Assembly: GCF_964204645.1 (NCBI RefSeq)
Contig: NC_134025.1
Coordinates: 18,265,101 to 18,329,100, forward strand
Reading direction: 5' to 3'
DNA: 64,000 nt
From: Tubulanus polymorphus
Taxonomy: Eukaryota; Animalia; Nemertea
Made by a program: the position numbers and the translations under genes. Below the pieces are notes generated by a model that did no database searches, was not told the DNA's origin, and saw only the letters and a list, made by a program, of their open reading frames with translations. This document shows, one piece after another, positions 1 through 13,452 of the stretch. Position 1 is the stretch's first letter; every line of letters begins with the position of its first letter.

Positions 1-634
1 AGTATGGCTAGATGCCAACAGCTGCTACGCAATACGTCTGCAGTAAATGAATAAACACACGCCACGCTGTCATACAACTCGGTGAAAATTTCGGTCTGAC
101 TGTAAAAATTAGGACTTTCAAGGACATTGTCTGCCAACCTTTCGAAGTTTAAGACTCCCACTGATTTTCCCAGCAAAAAAACAAGGAATTTAAGACTGCT
201 GCGGTACCGACCCTTGGTGCAAGGTGCCCGTTCACACCCGAGTGATGTAGTCATCCGCATATTAATTCACCTTGCAAAATAAATCTATCCGAATGAATAA
301 TTAATAAAACATTTTTCAAAAATCTTTTCAATATCACCTATCACCATTCAACCCAATATAATGAAATAATCTTGAATACAAATTGCCGGATCTATTTTTG
401 CAGCGGATTTAGCCCCATTTATCGGATCTTTCAATAATTCAATGACTGTATAAATGGTGTGCTTTGGTTCGCGGTAAACATACACAACACGACACCGACA
501 CGCTCGTTCCTCGAGAGCTAAAAACCAATGAACTTGAAACTCACCACAATCTTAGAACACGTTATACGCTACAATTTTCTAATTCATTGTTGTAACAAAA
601 TATGCTTAGGTATCAATATAATGTCGAAAAACTT

Positions 635-1172
635 TTTCCCACCTACGAATGAGTACTGATGACACCAAGATGGCCGCCAATTGCGTCATAATTTTGGCTG
701 ATCAAAAATACCTGACTCAGGTATAAAACATCCCTTTCCAAAGAATACCCATCAGCAATTGCAATGAGAAATGGCAAACCAGTAGGAAGCTACAGACTCA
801 GAATTCGGGCCAAAATTGACATTTTTGCCATTAAAAGGTCCTAGGACGACCATCTTGAGTCGGATCGACCCAATTTTTGTTATACTGATGGGCCCTGGGA
901 GGGTTCAAATATACACAAAAGATCAAGGTAATTGATCAGGGCGTCTTCAAAATTTCCCTCAAAAAGTTCAAAAACGTGTAAAAAGTGCTGATTTTGGCGA
1001 ACAGCAATGGCTGCCAGTCGGCCATCTTGATTCTGACAGGGCTAGTTCCATATCAAGACATTACCTTGAAGCGTCTTCAAAACTTCCCAAAATAACTGGA
1101 TTCCCTCTACGGACAGACGGACGAAAAGTGAACGTAATAGCCCGCTGGGACTAAAGTCCCATGTGGGCTAAA
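635..1172 (+). repeat. HINE/Helentron-like non-autonomous interspersed repeat (family B), partial copy
   Basis: Homologous to 36530-37077, 54480-55017 and 40595-40868, and in reverse to 13700-15042. It ends in a GGAC/GACG microsatellite plus the hairpin tagcccgctgggactaaagtcccatgtgggcta. Confidence 0.7.
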
Positions 1173-1176
1173 AAAT

Positions 1177-2200
1177 GTGAGATTACAATCCAATCATTTG
1201 AACACATGCACATGTGTGTATTGTGAAAATATCCCCTGTCAGCTGAGACCTCTTCTTATTTGTGGTGCTGCAAAAATCGTTGATGAAAATGAAGTGATAA
1301 AGTGCATGTTGTGCCCAAAATCAGATGTCATGCGGTTCCACCCACTCCCCTGCATCGAGGGAAAATGCGCGGATTGTTCGAGTGAAAGATCAAATAATAC
1401 GAATCCTTAATGAATGAAAATCCCACTTAGAAAATTGCGGTGGAATCTCCTATGTTCGTCACATATGTTCACTGCAAAATGGCAACATCACCAATATAGA
1501 GACATCTAAAACATTTATCCTGGAAACCTCTACATAAGTTGTATGTGATTTTGCCAAGAATCGTGAAGTGAAATACCAAGACGAGATCAAATCGGCTTAT
1601 TTCAGGAAAAAACATCACCATTCACCATTGTGAATTCTTCTACGGAAAATTTGGGCAACAAGTAAGAGAAGCCATAATTATAATATCAGATGACAGAGTG
1701 GCACATGGCAACCACAAAATTGATTAGTGATCGAAACATTAAAGTCCAAAATATTATTGTCTTCTCCGATGGATGTGCATCACAATACAAGGGAAAGGGG
1801 GCTTGCGGATATTTCAATGTCTCGCTCACTATTTCGGTTCCGAACACGGTAAGGGTGAAGGCGATGGGGAAATCGGTATTCTGAATCGAGCTATCGATAG
1901 AGCAATTGCTTCGGGAAGCGTTATTACAGGGGATTTAGATTTGTTTAATTATTGCGATGAAAAGATATGTCTAAATGATCCATTGTCAAAAAGAAATTAT
2001 AGATGAAAGGTCGTCGAAGGAGACACAAAATAAGAAAGGACCCAACCCACATGAACTGTTCGTACGGGATTACAGCTGCTTTTGCCTCACGTGTCGAGAC
2101 CCCAGTACCAAAATTGCATGTAAAAACCGAATCTATGTTGGTCAGCCGAAACGCGAGAAATTGGTTCTGGTACGTCCTCATTCATTAGACATCAACGATT
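1177..2200 (+). pseudogene. Degenerate DDE transposase, Sola2-like
   Basis: Motifs across shifting frames: Cys-rich CTCVYCENI and CIEGKCADC, then CDFAKN..YQDEIKSAYF (~1545-1605), IIVFSDGCASQYKGK, YFGSEHGKGEGDG and SCFCLTC. Multiple stops and frameshifts. Superfamily assignment is from motif recall. Confidence 0.65.
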
Positions 2201-2399
2201 AAGTTTTAGAACCTGAGTGTGACCGAGTATGGCAGATTTCACGATAACGGGTACCAGTATCTACCAAAATTGCATTTGATTTTTAAAAATGATTTTAGTG
2301 AACTGAATAATTTTTGAGAATATCATACTATTCTCTTCATAAAAAAGACCTGTTTTGGAACATTGAAGTGGAACCGAGCATTCACTTAAAACATGATGC

Positions 2400-2900
2400 C
2401 TCCACATGCGCACAAGCGCTATTATCATTAGACTGTTGCACACACACACGCTTGTACAGTATATACTACTTTAAAGTGATACTGTAACGCTGCTTGCTGG
2501 TCCCTGCACCTTTGACATGAAAATACGCTTACGAACAATCAACTATTATAGCAGAAGATGAGCACTGTGTTTTCTGTTAGAATTTGTAATAAATTGTAAT
2601 AACACGGCACTGTTAGCTTCCGCGGCCATACATCGGAAAATGTTGTCATGTCTAGACTTTCCATATTTAGCCACCTCAGATAGGTGATATCATGTCAATT
2701 GTATTCAAATATTTTTCATTTCGTGAAAAATATTTTTTTCCAAATATAAAATAGTGGTCCTGATCCTGCCTACCTGTACGAATTTTTGAACGTGGACCGT
2801 AAACAAATGTATATTTTTGGCCTTGATTTGACTACAAATTCTTTGAGAAAGAAAAATACAATAATAGAACTTTGAAGTAATGAATTAAAAAGATTTTTCA
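2400..2900 (-). repeat. Interspersed repeat family A (reverse copy)
   Basis: Reverse complement matches 34883-35500 and 57288-57885 (e.g. ctgtgttttctgttagaatttgtaataaattgtaat; agcttccgcggccatacat). Confidence 0.75.
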
Positions 2901-2939
2901 TAAGCAATACCCTTGCTAAACAAGCTCGAGTTTTCAAGG

Positions 2940-3610
2940 TATACCAGATGTTGCATATGGGCAATTTATTTTATTTCTCCTGTAAGGTGTAGAACTGAAA
3001 ACTATTTTCACCATGTTGAATGCGTTGAAAAAATGAAGCTTTCGGCAGAAATTCCTTGCTACGACGTACAGGGAAAAGGTTATATTCATATGTATTGAAT
3101 ACCTGACTGTGTCAGATACGATATATATTTCAAAAAGATTGGTTTGATAACTATAATCAGTCGAATTCTTAATATGGCATTATTGAAATGTTTTTTTCTT
3201 GTATTTTTATATCAGCTCTGCTGATATTCGTATTCCTGGTGTTGACATTTCGTCAAACTCTCCCGTTAGCTGTAGAACTGAAAATTATTTTGACCATGTT
3301 GAATGCGTTTAAAAATCAAAGATTTAATCAGAAATTCCTAGTAACGATGAACAGGGAACGAGGTGAGCAAGAATTTATGGGAATTTATGTATTCATATGT
3401 ATTGAATACCCCACTGTGTCAGATACGATATATATTTCAAAAAGTTTAGTTTGATTAATATAATCAGATAAATTCTTCATATCATTAGAATATGTTTTCT
3501 TCTTGTATTTTCATTTCAGCCCTGCTGATATTCAGTGTTCCAGATGTTATTTCGTCAAACTCTTCTGTAAGCTGTGGAACTAAAAAATCATTTTGATGTT
3601 GAAAGTGTTG
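2940..3610. repeat. Diverged tandem repeat, about 285-300 bp unit, 2-3 copies
   Basis: agaactgaaaa.tatttt.accatgttgaatgcgtt at ~2991 and ~3274 with a degenerate copy at ~3577. gtgtcagatacgatatatatttcaaaa occurs at ~3110 and ~3416. Confidence 0.75.
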
Positions 3611-3618
3611 ATCATGTT

Positions 3619-5583
3619 GGGCAATTCCAGATGAGAAACTCAATTTCACTAAATTTCACAAAATGCTTCTGAATTGTGATTTTCAAGTAGAAAACATCAT
3701 AGGCTTTCAGAATTTTAGCACATTGCACCAGATTATAAAGCATTTCAATATTTTTTTCAACATGGCAAGATGGGGTTTTTCATGGGAAATTTCATACGAA
3801 TAATAGGTAACTCCTTTGAGCTTGGTTTACTTGTCAAACCAATCACTTTATATAGAGATTTCCACTGTAATATAATCACTGGATGTGTTTATTTCAATAT
3901 TCCACTCTCACAAATTAAATCACTGTTAATGGGGAATAAAAAATCTCTATGCCACAATACTGAGGTCTCATGGTTTACTTTCACTGCGAGGCAAGTTATC
4001 ACCAGATTTTTAAGAAAACTTGATTTTTCTTTATTCATACTTAAAACAATGTGTACTTTTAAAGAAAATGCTCTGGTTAGCTTCAGTTTTTCAATAAGGT
4101 GGTAACAGAATTACGAAAGTGGTCTGATAACGGAATAACATGTATACATTCTTTTAAGAAATATGAATTTCTTTGAAAATTATTGAATCTAATTCACTAA
4201 AATAAGATGCTGAGTACATCTCCTGGGTCACCTGAGTTGAAACAACATTTAATTGTAGATCTGTTCAACGATATTTTGTTGATGTACAGAATCATGCAAA
4301 ACCTTCTGCAATAAAAGCCCGGAATTATTTCACAATATGCAAACAATCAGTGGGAAAATAATGCTGAACCAGCATTTGAGGATGAAGTGGAAACATCGGG
4401 CGAACCTCAGTTCAAATCTTATTGCAAATCTAAAATGATAACTTGCCCTGGGAATAGGGTGAAGTGAAATACACCAAGGCAAAATATGTTCGAAAACTGT
4501 CAGGTCATGAATAATGAAGGCGAAATGATAAGCATAAGATTCCTGTAAATAGTTGAAATTTGGTAAATTGAACTGGCAAGCTGTTGATGACATTGATTCG
4601 CTTGACAAATCATGTATCATTAGAAGTTTCCCAGGACTGCAGATATAACTGGAGTGACTGCTTGATTTTTTAGATTAAATTTTGATTTGAGGTCTCATAA
4701 CAGACTCAGAAAAAATGTTCCTAGTGTATGATCTTATTTGAGAAGTGATTCAAAATTGAAACATGTTGTTAAGGTTTTAGAGTTTATTTGTAAACTTTTT
4801 CTTAACATAAGCGTCACTGAAAATGTGCATTTGAAATGTCCTGCATCGTGTAATTCCGTTATCATGTTATATATTTCTATACATGGTTTGATAAGATTTT
4901 CGCTTTGCGAGAAAAGATATGACGACTTACATCCCTAAAATATAATTTGAATGGATTTAGCTTTTCAATAATTTCAAATTACTCTCTCGATTTGAATTGG
5001 CTATGCTTTGCATCTAGTTTATAAAGGTGATCAATTTCCTTCTATAAATTCTTCCCTCAATTTTTTCAGAATGTTTTTGGGTTTCCAGTTAATAGTATAT
5101 ACACTTAACACTTTCAGAATAAATCTAATGTAGACAAAGAAAGTCATTGAATTACCAATGAAGATGATTATTTCGCATAAGTAATTCCGTTACTTTTACA
5201 TGTAATTCCGTTAGCACTAGATATTCAATGCATGTGACTTACTACAAACTGGAATTCATTAATGAACATGACCAATGTAAAGTAGAACATCCCCTTATAT
5301 CAGAATATAAACAACTTTGGGGCCAAGTCCAACAGAATTCAGACAAAATAGAATTTTGGAATGATAAAAAACAGATTTTGATTTTCTGACGTAATTCCGT
5401 TACCAGATATAACCCATGGCTGTTCATAATCTATGATTCAAACCCAAACAAAAAATTTTCCTCGCTAAGATAGACATCCAAAGGTCTCCATTCAGCTGTG
5501 TTTGGTGTCTTGATTTCAAATCTAACTTGCCATACAAATTGATTGAAGTGTCTGAACTGTAATTCCGTTACCGTGGAATTGCC
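3619..5583. mobile_element. Non-autonomous DNA transposon with GGCAATTCCA termini and repeated GTAATTCCGTTA motifs
   Basis: GGGCAATTCCA at 3619 and TGGAATTGCC at 5574-5583. GTAATTCCGTTA occurs at ~4850, 5181, 5202, 5391 and 5559, with inverted variants at ~4103-4139. No coding capacity. Confidence 0.55.
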
Positions 5584-6496
5584 AACATTAAAATCCTAGC
5601 AGCGATGCAAATTCAATTCTTTGCAGTCACTGTTCCTATTTATGAACCTCTCGCTGGGGGTAAAGATCAAGACTTTCTACCCATTTGAAATTGGGCGCTT
5701 TTTTTCTAATTATTTGGATTTCGGATCCGCCGCCGAGAATTCCCGGTTTTCTTGCATTAAAAAAAAATTTATGTTTATTTTTATGTCCGCTACCCGCCCT
5801 AACAAAAAACGGATGAACAAAATAAAAAAAAAATCTTTTACTTTATTTTCCAATGCGTTCCCCGTGGGTAATTTCTATCCCAAATGAGTGAAAAATTTTT
5901 TTACCAAATTGCAAGTATCTTACACACATATTGCAAAAACACGTTCATTCGTTAAGCTGAGATGTGCCAGGACTCGAACCCTCAACGGTATAGCCCGTGA
6001 CAATTAAATCGTGATGTCAAGTGCAGCCACCTGGCACTGAAACATGGCCGCCACCGGTGATACAACAACCTGTCTTGTTGTTGTCAGATCAGGCTGCCAA
6101 GAGAAAGATCGGCGCCTGGCAAGGCTAAGTGAGGACAAAACTATGAGACAATGCGTCCACCAGTTCGTCGGGGAGGCACATGTGTCGCAGGTCGAAGGCT
6201 GACCATCTGAAAACGCCAAGTAAGTGTAACATCTTTCAATTTAAACTCATTATATTGAATTTTCTAAGTTATAGGCCTATTCGTGCACCGTCAATGCGCA
6301 TGCGTGATGTAAATTAGCCAATCAGAACGAGCCATTGGCAAATAAATAGCTTTAAGAGGAATAATGCTGCATTGGCATATCACACCTGCCTATTATTATT
6401 GATTTGTCAAGTTCTGTTGTTTCACAACGAAAAAGCATATTTTCTGCTGAACTTGACTAGACTAATCCTTATTTTTCTTGCAAACACAGATTGTCA

Positions 6497-6499
<3 letters not shown>

Positions 6500-6574
<75 letters not shown>
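6500..6574. repeat. (TA)n microsatellite
   Basis: Perfect TA run, read directly. Confidence 0.98.
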
Positions 6575-6575
<1 letters not shown>

Positions 6576-8239
6576 TAAGATAATGTACGATTAACGGGGC
6601 GTTTGTCTTTTTAATTTCCTTGTTGCGGGGTGGTGAAAAATTACGGGGCATACAAAGTGTCCCGTAATTGTTACACCTTGCAAACGCTCAGAAAATTGTT
6701 CAATCACCCACTTGCAGTCGTAGGCGTAATCGGGTCTGACAAAGATATTTATATATAAAGCAATACAGCAGCCCCATCTGACGGTTAGAACAGATAAGCT
6801 CCGCCCCTTTTTCTACGTCAGAAGTTAGGAGAAACCATCACCTGGCAGAACTCCGGAAGTTCGGGAGAGCCCATACAGAGCAGAGCAGGGTGTACGGCTG
6901 TGTAGTGTGTATATGATTTACACTTACAAACTGCAAGAATCTTCAAGAACATTAAGATATATTTTTTTCCAAAAACGCGTGTTCTCAACACATTGTTCAT
7001 ATGAAATTCATTGGGCAATTAAAATAATCCTTTGCTTCGAGGTTCGGTAGGGTTCATCTCCTACAGCAAACAATGAACTCGACCGATAGGTCAATGCGCA
7101 TGTCCAGTTACTATTCGCGGTGATGCGAGAACATTGAGTCTAAGCCTAGCCAAAAAGGAAAAAGGTAAGCTTTCTTTATTAGTTTGCCGATCTTGCATGT
7201 CCTTTTTACATGTAACATCATTGGAGACATTTATCCATAGGCCAAATGCAGTATATTTCAACTTTTTTAAATGGACGAAGGGTACCATTATGTACTCTGC
7301 TTTAGAGGTACATGCCTTAAAACGACCAGCACGTGCTTTGAACTTAACCGTCGATTCTTTATTCGTTTTACATACACTGCATTGAAGGAATTCTTTTTTA
7401 TGTAAATCGAATAGAGATGGACTTCATTCTTTGATTAGATCAATACAAGTGTATCATTACTGTTTATTGTCCGAAGTATGTATTGCATTGATATTTTGAA
7501 ATCATCAAAACCATGGTTTGCCGACTTGATAAACTCAAAAGTAGTTGTCATTGTCAGAAACCATTTATGGGATATTTAATGATACAAACAAATACGCTTG
7601 ATATGCTTAATAGAATTGTAGGCCATATTGCATAATCATGAAAATCATTTTGTTATCAGGCAGTATTCAGATAGGAAGGTTTTTTCCTTATCTGTAGTTA
7701 GTACCAGGGAACAAATAGAATACAGTCAACCTCGGCTATGCCATCCCCGCTTTATCATTATAAGTGCTTGTTCTTACAATATATTGCTTCCATTCCCTGT
7801 GTGTCTAATTTGTACTCAATAATTCGTAGACCCATTCTCCATTTCTATGTTAGACTATGTATGTAACCCGTATCAGTTGTCGGGAACGTAGACCTACATC
7901 TGTAGTGAAAAGAATATTAACAACTAATTTAGTAATTGAGGTCAGTGGGAAATATGAGTAACTTAGAAGTAATCGCTCAATGTCTAAGTCTAAAGCTTCT
8001 CCATTTAATGATGGCTGGTATTTCGTATTGCTTTCAAGTGTGATAGTAGTTTAAGTTCAAGAGTTTACGTAGACAATCTAAACATCTGTAAACCGGCTAT
8101 TGTACTGGTTATGCACTTAAATCAGTTTATATGGTTGATAATTCATTAGTAGAACTATGGGTTATCTTGTATCCGTACATCACCTAATCTATACTAAAAA
8201 GCCGAGTCCTGAGTGATAGGCAAACACCAAGATTGACTG

Positions 8240-11225
8240 TAGTAAAATCACGTCATGATTACGTAGTGTCTTGATATAATTGATTTTATATGCCACTTAA
8301 ATGAATGCATAATTGGGGGACATGAATATTATAATAACTCTGTGACTAGGTAGTGTCCAGATATGAATAGTTTTATATGCCAATAAACTGAATGTAGATG
8401 TGTAGATACAATTAGTAAAATCACTTCATAATTAGGTAGTGTGTAATATGAATATTATAATAACTCTATGATTAGGTAGTGTCCAGATATGAATAGTTTT
8501 ATATGCCAATAAACTGAATGTAGATGTGTAGATACAATTAGTAAAATCACTTCATAATTAGGTAGTGTGTGATATGATGGGTTTTATATGCTATTTTACT
8601 GCATGTAGAATTGTAGGACATATATAAATAGTAAAATCACTTCATCATTAGGGAGTGTCCAGATATGGTGGGTTTTATATGCCACTTTACTGAATGTAGA
8701 ATTGCGGGACATAATGAATAGTAAAATAACGTCGCGATTATCTAGTGGGCTGATACGAAGGGTTTTTATACGCCACTTAAATGTATGTAAATTTGTAGGA
8801 CATATATGAATAGTAAAATCATTTCATGATTAGGCAGTGTCCTGATATGCTTTTGTATGCCACGCAGCGTAATGTAGAATTACAGGACATATATAAATAA
8901 TATTAGTTCTTAGGTAGAGGGTCAAGATAATTAAAAATCCATAGGAGCAAAAACCATACAAATCGCATTTTGTAATGAGTAATATATATTTATTGTAGCG
9001 AACGTTTTCCGGAGTAACATTATCCCCTCTTCAGGCATAGCGCGCAAGTGATTAAATGTTCATATCATACTGGTATTTATATAGAATAGGACGAAGCTAA
9101 TTACAAACAATTTCAATTAACTGAGTGACAAGATGATTACAATATAAAGATAATTAATTATACACAATCTAAATTACTGAGTGAATATATTTGACTAGTA
9201 GTTAATTATCTAAAAACGTATTATATGAAAATTTAATCACTTGCGCGCTATGCCTGAAGAGGGGATAATGTAACTCCCGAAAACGTTTACTATAATAAAT
9301 ATATATTACTCATTAGAAAATGAGATTTGTATTGTTTTTGCTCCTATGGATTTTTGATAAATAATATTACTGCATGATTGGGTAGTGTCCGGATTTTAAT
9401 GTTTTTATATGCCACTTACTTGAATGTAGAATTGCAGGGCATATTTAAATAGTGAAATAACGCCATGATTATCTAGTGTCCTGACACTAATGGTTTTATA
9501 CGCAACTTAAATGTATGTAGAATTGTAGGACATATACGAATAGTAAAATCACTTCATAATTAGAGAGTGTCCCAATAGGTATGAACGATTTTTTTCATAT
9601 GACATTTAACTGGATGTAGAATTGTAAGACATATATAAATAGTGAAATCACTTCACGATTAGGCAGTGTCCCGATATATGTGCCACTTAATTGGATGTAG
9701 AATTGCAGGACATAATCAAATAGTAAAATAATGGCATGATTATCCATTGTCCTAATATGAATGGTTTTATACGCCACTTAAAATGTATGTAGATTTGTAG
9801 GACATGTACGAATAGTAAAATCATTAGGCAGTGTCCTGATGCCGTAGGTTTTATATGCCACGCAACTGATCATGTACAATTGTAGGACCTACACAAATAG
9901 TAAAATCATTTCAGGATTCGGTAGTGTCCTGACATGAATAGTTTTAAATACCCCCTAAATGAATATAAATTTGATGATGAGTTCTATATGTTGCGAAACT
10001 GATTAAAGAATTGTAGGGCATACATAAATAGTAAAATCACTTCATAATTAGAGTGTCCCAATATAAAGGGTTTTATATTCCACTTAACTGAAGGTAGAAT
10101 TGTAGGACATATATAAATAGTAAAATCACTTCATCATTAGAGAGTGTCCCAATATAAAGGGTTTTATATTCCACTTAACTGAAGGTAGAATTGTAGGACA
10201 TATATAAATAGTAAAATCACTTCATCATTAGAGAGTGTCCCAATATAAAGGGCTTTATATGCCACTTAACTGAAGGTAGAATTGTAGGACATATATAAAT
10301 AGTAAAATCACTTCATCATTAGAGAGTGTCCCAATATAAAGGGTTTTATATTCCACTTAACTGAATGTAGAATTGTAGGACATATATAAATAGTAAAATC
10401 ACTTCATCATTAGAGAGTGTCCCAATATAAAGGGTTTTATATGCCACTTAACTGAATGTAGAATTGTAGGACATATATGAATAGTAAAATCACTTCATAA
10501 TTAGAGAGTGTCCCAATATAAAGGGTTTTATATTCCACTTAACTGAAGGTAGAATTGTAGGACATATATAAATAGTAAAATCACTTCATCATTAGAGAGT
10601 GTCCCAATATAAAGGGTTTTATATGCCACTTAACTGAAGGTAGAATTGTAGGACATATATAAATAGTAAAATCACTTCATAATTAGAGAGTGTCCATTGT
10701 CCTAATATGAATGGTTTTATACGCCACTTAAAATGTATGTAGATTTGTAGGAAATATACGAATAGTAAAATTATCAGGCAGTGTCCTGATGCCGTGGGTT
10801 TATATGCCACGCAACTGAATGTAGAATTGTAAGACATCCACAAATAGCGCCCTGATATGATAGTTTTATATGCCACCTAACTGAATATAAATTTGTACTG
10901 CACTTAGCTGATGCAGTATTGTAAGACATATATAAATAGTAAAATGCTTTATGATTACCGTAGGTAGTTTCTTACGAGTCGAGTTTTCTATGCTGCCTAA
11001 CTAATTATAGATTTGTAGGACATATAAAAATAGTAAAATCACTTCATCATTACGAAATGTGCCAATATGAAGGGTTTTATATGCCAGCGATATAGAATTG
11101 TATATATAGAATTGTAGGACATATGTAGTAATAGACATAAATAGTAAAATCATTTTATGATTAGGTAGTGTCCAGATATGATGGGTTTTATATGCCACAT
11201 AACTGAATGTAGAATTGTAGGACAT
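8240..11225 (+). repeat. 91-bp satellite array, homogeneous core ~10020-10690 with diverged flanks
   Basis: Unit aatagtaaaatcacttcatcattagagagtgtcccaatataaagggttttatatgccacttaactgaa.gtagaattgtaggacatatata recurs at 10116, 10207, 10298 and onward (period 91). Confidence 0.95.
8933..9355. mobile_element. Inverted repeat (~125-bp arms), Penelope pLTR-like, with minimal hammerhead motifs
   Basis: 8933-9057 is the reverse complement of 9231-9355. Each arm contains CTGAAGA-GGGGA..TCCC/G-GAAA-ACGTT. The element interrupts the 91-bp satellite. Confidence 0.7.
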
Positions 11226-11520
11226 GACTAGTACAATCAATGCAAGATTAGATATTGCCCTGATGTAATTATGATCTTTCAAGAACCGGTGCGATTCGTG
11301 AAGTCTCTTTTCTCTGTCATAAATAAGTTTAAGAAGACTTTTTAACAATCCTTCAATACAGTGTTTAAGATGGATACAAAAACGATGTCCGACTGCACAG
11401 TTCTGGCTTGAATGGCATTAGTTTGAAGTATTTGCTCACAAAAGTTACAAATTATCTCGAGAAAACTGATGAAACACAAAAGTGAACAGACTAGCAGTGT
11501 ATGCCTGACATATCTGCATG

Positions 11521-12105
11521 TCCGTTCCTAAATTCTAATTTTTTTTTGGTCTGACATCGATTTTTTGAGTTCCCTATAAACTAAACTTTTCAACACATAC
11601 CGGGTACCTCAATTAGGTCTTAATACGACCAGTGAAACTGTAAGTAAATCATCGTTTTATCCATTTTAAACTGTTTTGCATTGGAGGATTACTAAAAAAA
11701 AGTCTTCTTTAACTCATTTCAATTAGAGAAAATAGACCCCATTTAATGAACTACCGTTACGTAAATCAATTTTAACAATATTTTTCTATGCCTAGGCCCT
11801 TGCCATTTGAAAATGTTTGCAAATTATTCAAAGAAAATCATGGTTCGTAGGCACGGAAACACAAGAAACATCTTAGAATTTCAAAAAATGGCTGATCTTT
11901 TCTGTTTTCGACACGAGAAAATGAAAACCCTTTGGCAATAATTCAATACAGTCTAAAATGGCTATAAAACGAGGATTTATTCAGGCTGCACAGTTACCGT
12001 ACACTGGTCGTTAAGACCAATTTAGGGTATGTGTTCAAAAAGTTAAGCGAAATATCCCAAAAAGATCGATTTCACACGAAAATAAATTAGCCTTATGCCC
12101 GCATC
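11521..12105. mobile_element. Old fold-back/MITE-like element with diverged ~120-bp inverted arms
   Basis: 11521-11645 (..ttttcaacacatac..ggtcttaatacgaccagtg) is an imperfect reverse complement of 11995-12105 (cactggtcgttaagacc..gtatgtgttcaaaaagtt). Confidence 0.55.
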
Positions 12106-12191
12106 TAAAATTGATTAGTGACATAAAGTCGGTATTTAACGGTTTTGTTCGGTATTTAGGGCTACCGGTTAGTTCGTTGCTGCGTTGAAGG

Positions 12192-12250
12192 TAGTCTAGT
12201 ACCTAGCCGTCGTTCTAGGGAACCGGTAACAACGACCGGTATTCAGACTA
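12192..12250 (+). mobile_element. 59-bp mini-MITE with TAGTCT...AGACTA ends and a 9-bp TSD
   Basis: Flanked by CGTTGAAGG at 12183-12191 and 12251-12259. Confidence 0.85.
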
Positions 12251-12582
12251 CGTTGAAGGTCGTTGCTGCGTTGTAAACAACCGGTGGACGTGCAATATTT
12301 TCATTACTACATTTACGCCCGTTTCATTAAAATTCTGGCTACAAAATTTCTTATATTGACATACATTGTACCGCATTTCTAATCAGGATTGCAGAAAACG
12401 CTAAATTCATTTACACACACATTCAACTATACTTATAGGCCTATAGTACACCAGCACTAGCACATTGGATGTGAGTAACCTGTCCTTGTTAGTATTTAGT
12501 AATCGGTTGGTGGTAAGCTATTATCTAATAAAATAAAGGCCTCCTCCCAGCTAATCCCTGATGGCCTGAATACCATCTGACC

Positions 12583-12684
12583 TAGTACTAGTCTGAACAG
12601 ACTGTAACAACTGCTGTTCAACAGTTGTTGTTACGGTTCCCTACCTACAACCTGTTTGGAAAACAACGGCTAGGTACTAGACTA
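12583..12684 (-). mobile_element. 102-bp copy of the same mini-MITE family, opposite orientation, 9-bp TSD
   Basis: Flanked by CATCTGACC at 12574-12582 and 12685-12693. Its reverse complement starts TAGTCTAGTACCTAGCCGT, like the copy at 12192. Confidence 0.85.
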
Positions 12685-13452
12685 CATCTGACCTTACTAG
12701 TAGTATTAGGCCCTATCTCTAGTCTTGACCGAGTCATCTCAGATAGGCTTGTAATTTGTACTTTTACTGCTAACGTTGATAATATCCAGAACTTAGAGAG
12801 GCCCTAGAGTATATACAAATAGGCCTACAAATACCTACCGGTATAGGAATTGTCGTGGTTTGTAAAACAGTCCGATCATCATAGAAACCAAACCTGATGT
12901 GCTGACTGATATTCCGCGCTACAGGCTGATACTTTTACCACTGCACAGTAGGCTACAGCTAACCTGCTGAATCAGCCTAGATTATAATCCAAATACCGGT
13001 ACCAACCTGTCATTGTTACAGGTTCATTGTAGGACATGGACCGGCCTATAGCCATGCCTGCTTATTAATTAGTTTCACTTATTTAGGCCCCCTAGTAGTA
13101 GGCCTATAGTGATACAGAATTCTAGCATATTTAGGCCTTGAAGCTTGGAACTAAGCACCGGTGTTGCACAATGAATTTTTTCTTTATTGTATATTTTTGA
13201 CAGCCAATTTTTGTAATTTATATCAAGTGCTACTGCTATTGATATGATATGCAGTGACGTGGCCGTTGGTCTAAATGGTTTTTTTTTGCAAAAATCAATC
13301 GCTTAATTCTTTTTTATTTTTTTTATGTTTCAAGGTGAGGATTTGTGTTCTGCCCAATTTGCAGTATTAATATCTCGGTTAATAGGGCAAAGATACAAAT
13401 AAGCCTGCCCATTATCATAGCACCTTATTCTTGGTTGTATTTTTCAGGTGAG

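Noticed and set aside
6372-6651. ORFs with YIYIYI runs
   Set aside because: Translation of the (TA)n microsatellite.
9595-11348. Minus-strand ORFs with repeated ILLFIYVLQFY
   Set aside because: Chance reading frames through the 91-bp satellite.
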